Below are positions 63,938-64,000 of a stretch of 64,000 nt of DNA, piece by piece (position 1 is the stretch's first letter; every line of letters begins with the position of its first letter). Source of the DNA: Octopus sinensis (taxonomy: Eukaryota). The stretch lies in the NCBI RefSeq assembly GCF_006345805.1, contig NW_021831838.1, positions 1-64,000 of the forward strand, given 5' to 3'. A model generated the notes under the pieces. That model was not told where the DNA came from. It worked only from the letters and a program-made list of their open reading frames with translations, and made no database searches. The position numbers were made by a program, and so were the translations under genes.

Positions 63938-64000
63938 TAGATATCATACCACCATACCCACAGTTTACACAAGCAGAGTAAAATAGTTAGTGGGCTGTTA

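Overview
AT-rich, microsatellite-saturated animal DNA. The three tRNA-headed SINE families and the density of (TA)n/(TACA)n/(TCTA)n tracts look like an Octopus (coleoid cephalopod) genome; this rests on recognition, not a database search. No host protein-coding gene can be supported: nearly all listed ORFs are translated microsatellites. Recognisable coding remnants are all transposon-derived: two L1/Tx1 3' ends, an R4/Dong-like fragment, RTE and CR1 3' ends, two mariner fragments, and a probable Penelope-like GIY-YIG C-terminus at the right edge. The main signal is about 17 type-I hammerhead ribozyme (HHR) motifs on both strands, read by eye. They have CUGANGA and GAAA cores, NUH cleavage triplets, short stem I, and mostly palindromic stem III (the dimer-cleaving design known from Penelope-like elements). 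Four belong to one minimal-HHR repeat family. Many of the others carry long (about 20-60 nt), sometimes branched, loop-II insertions. Three long near-perfect fold-back palindromes (87-211 bp arms) each begin at a (TA)n tract; one holds two back-to-back complete ribozyme motifs. A CR1 LINE and one SINE family also share a 3' stem-loop with compensatory changes. No ribozyme activity or transcription is demonstrated here.
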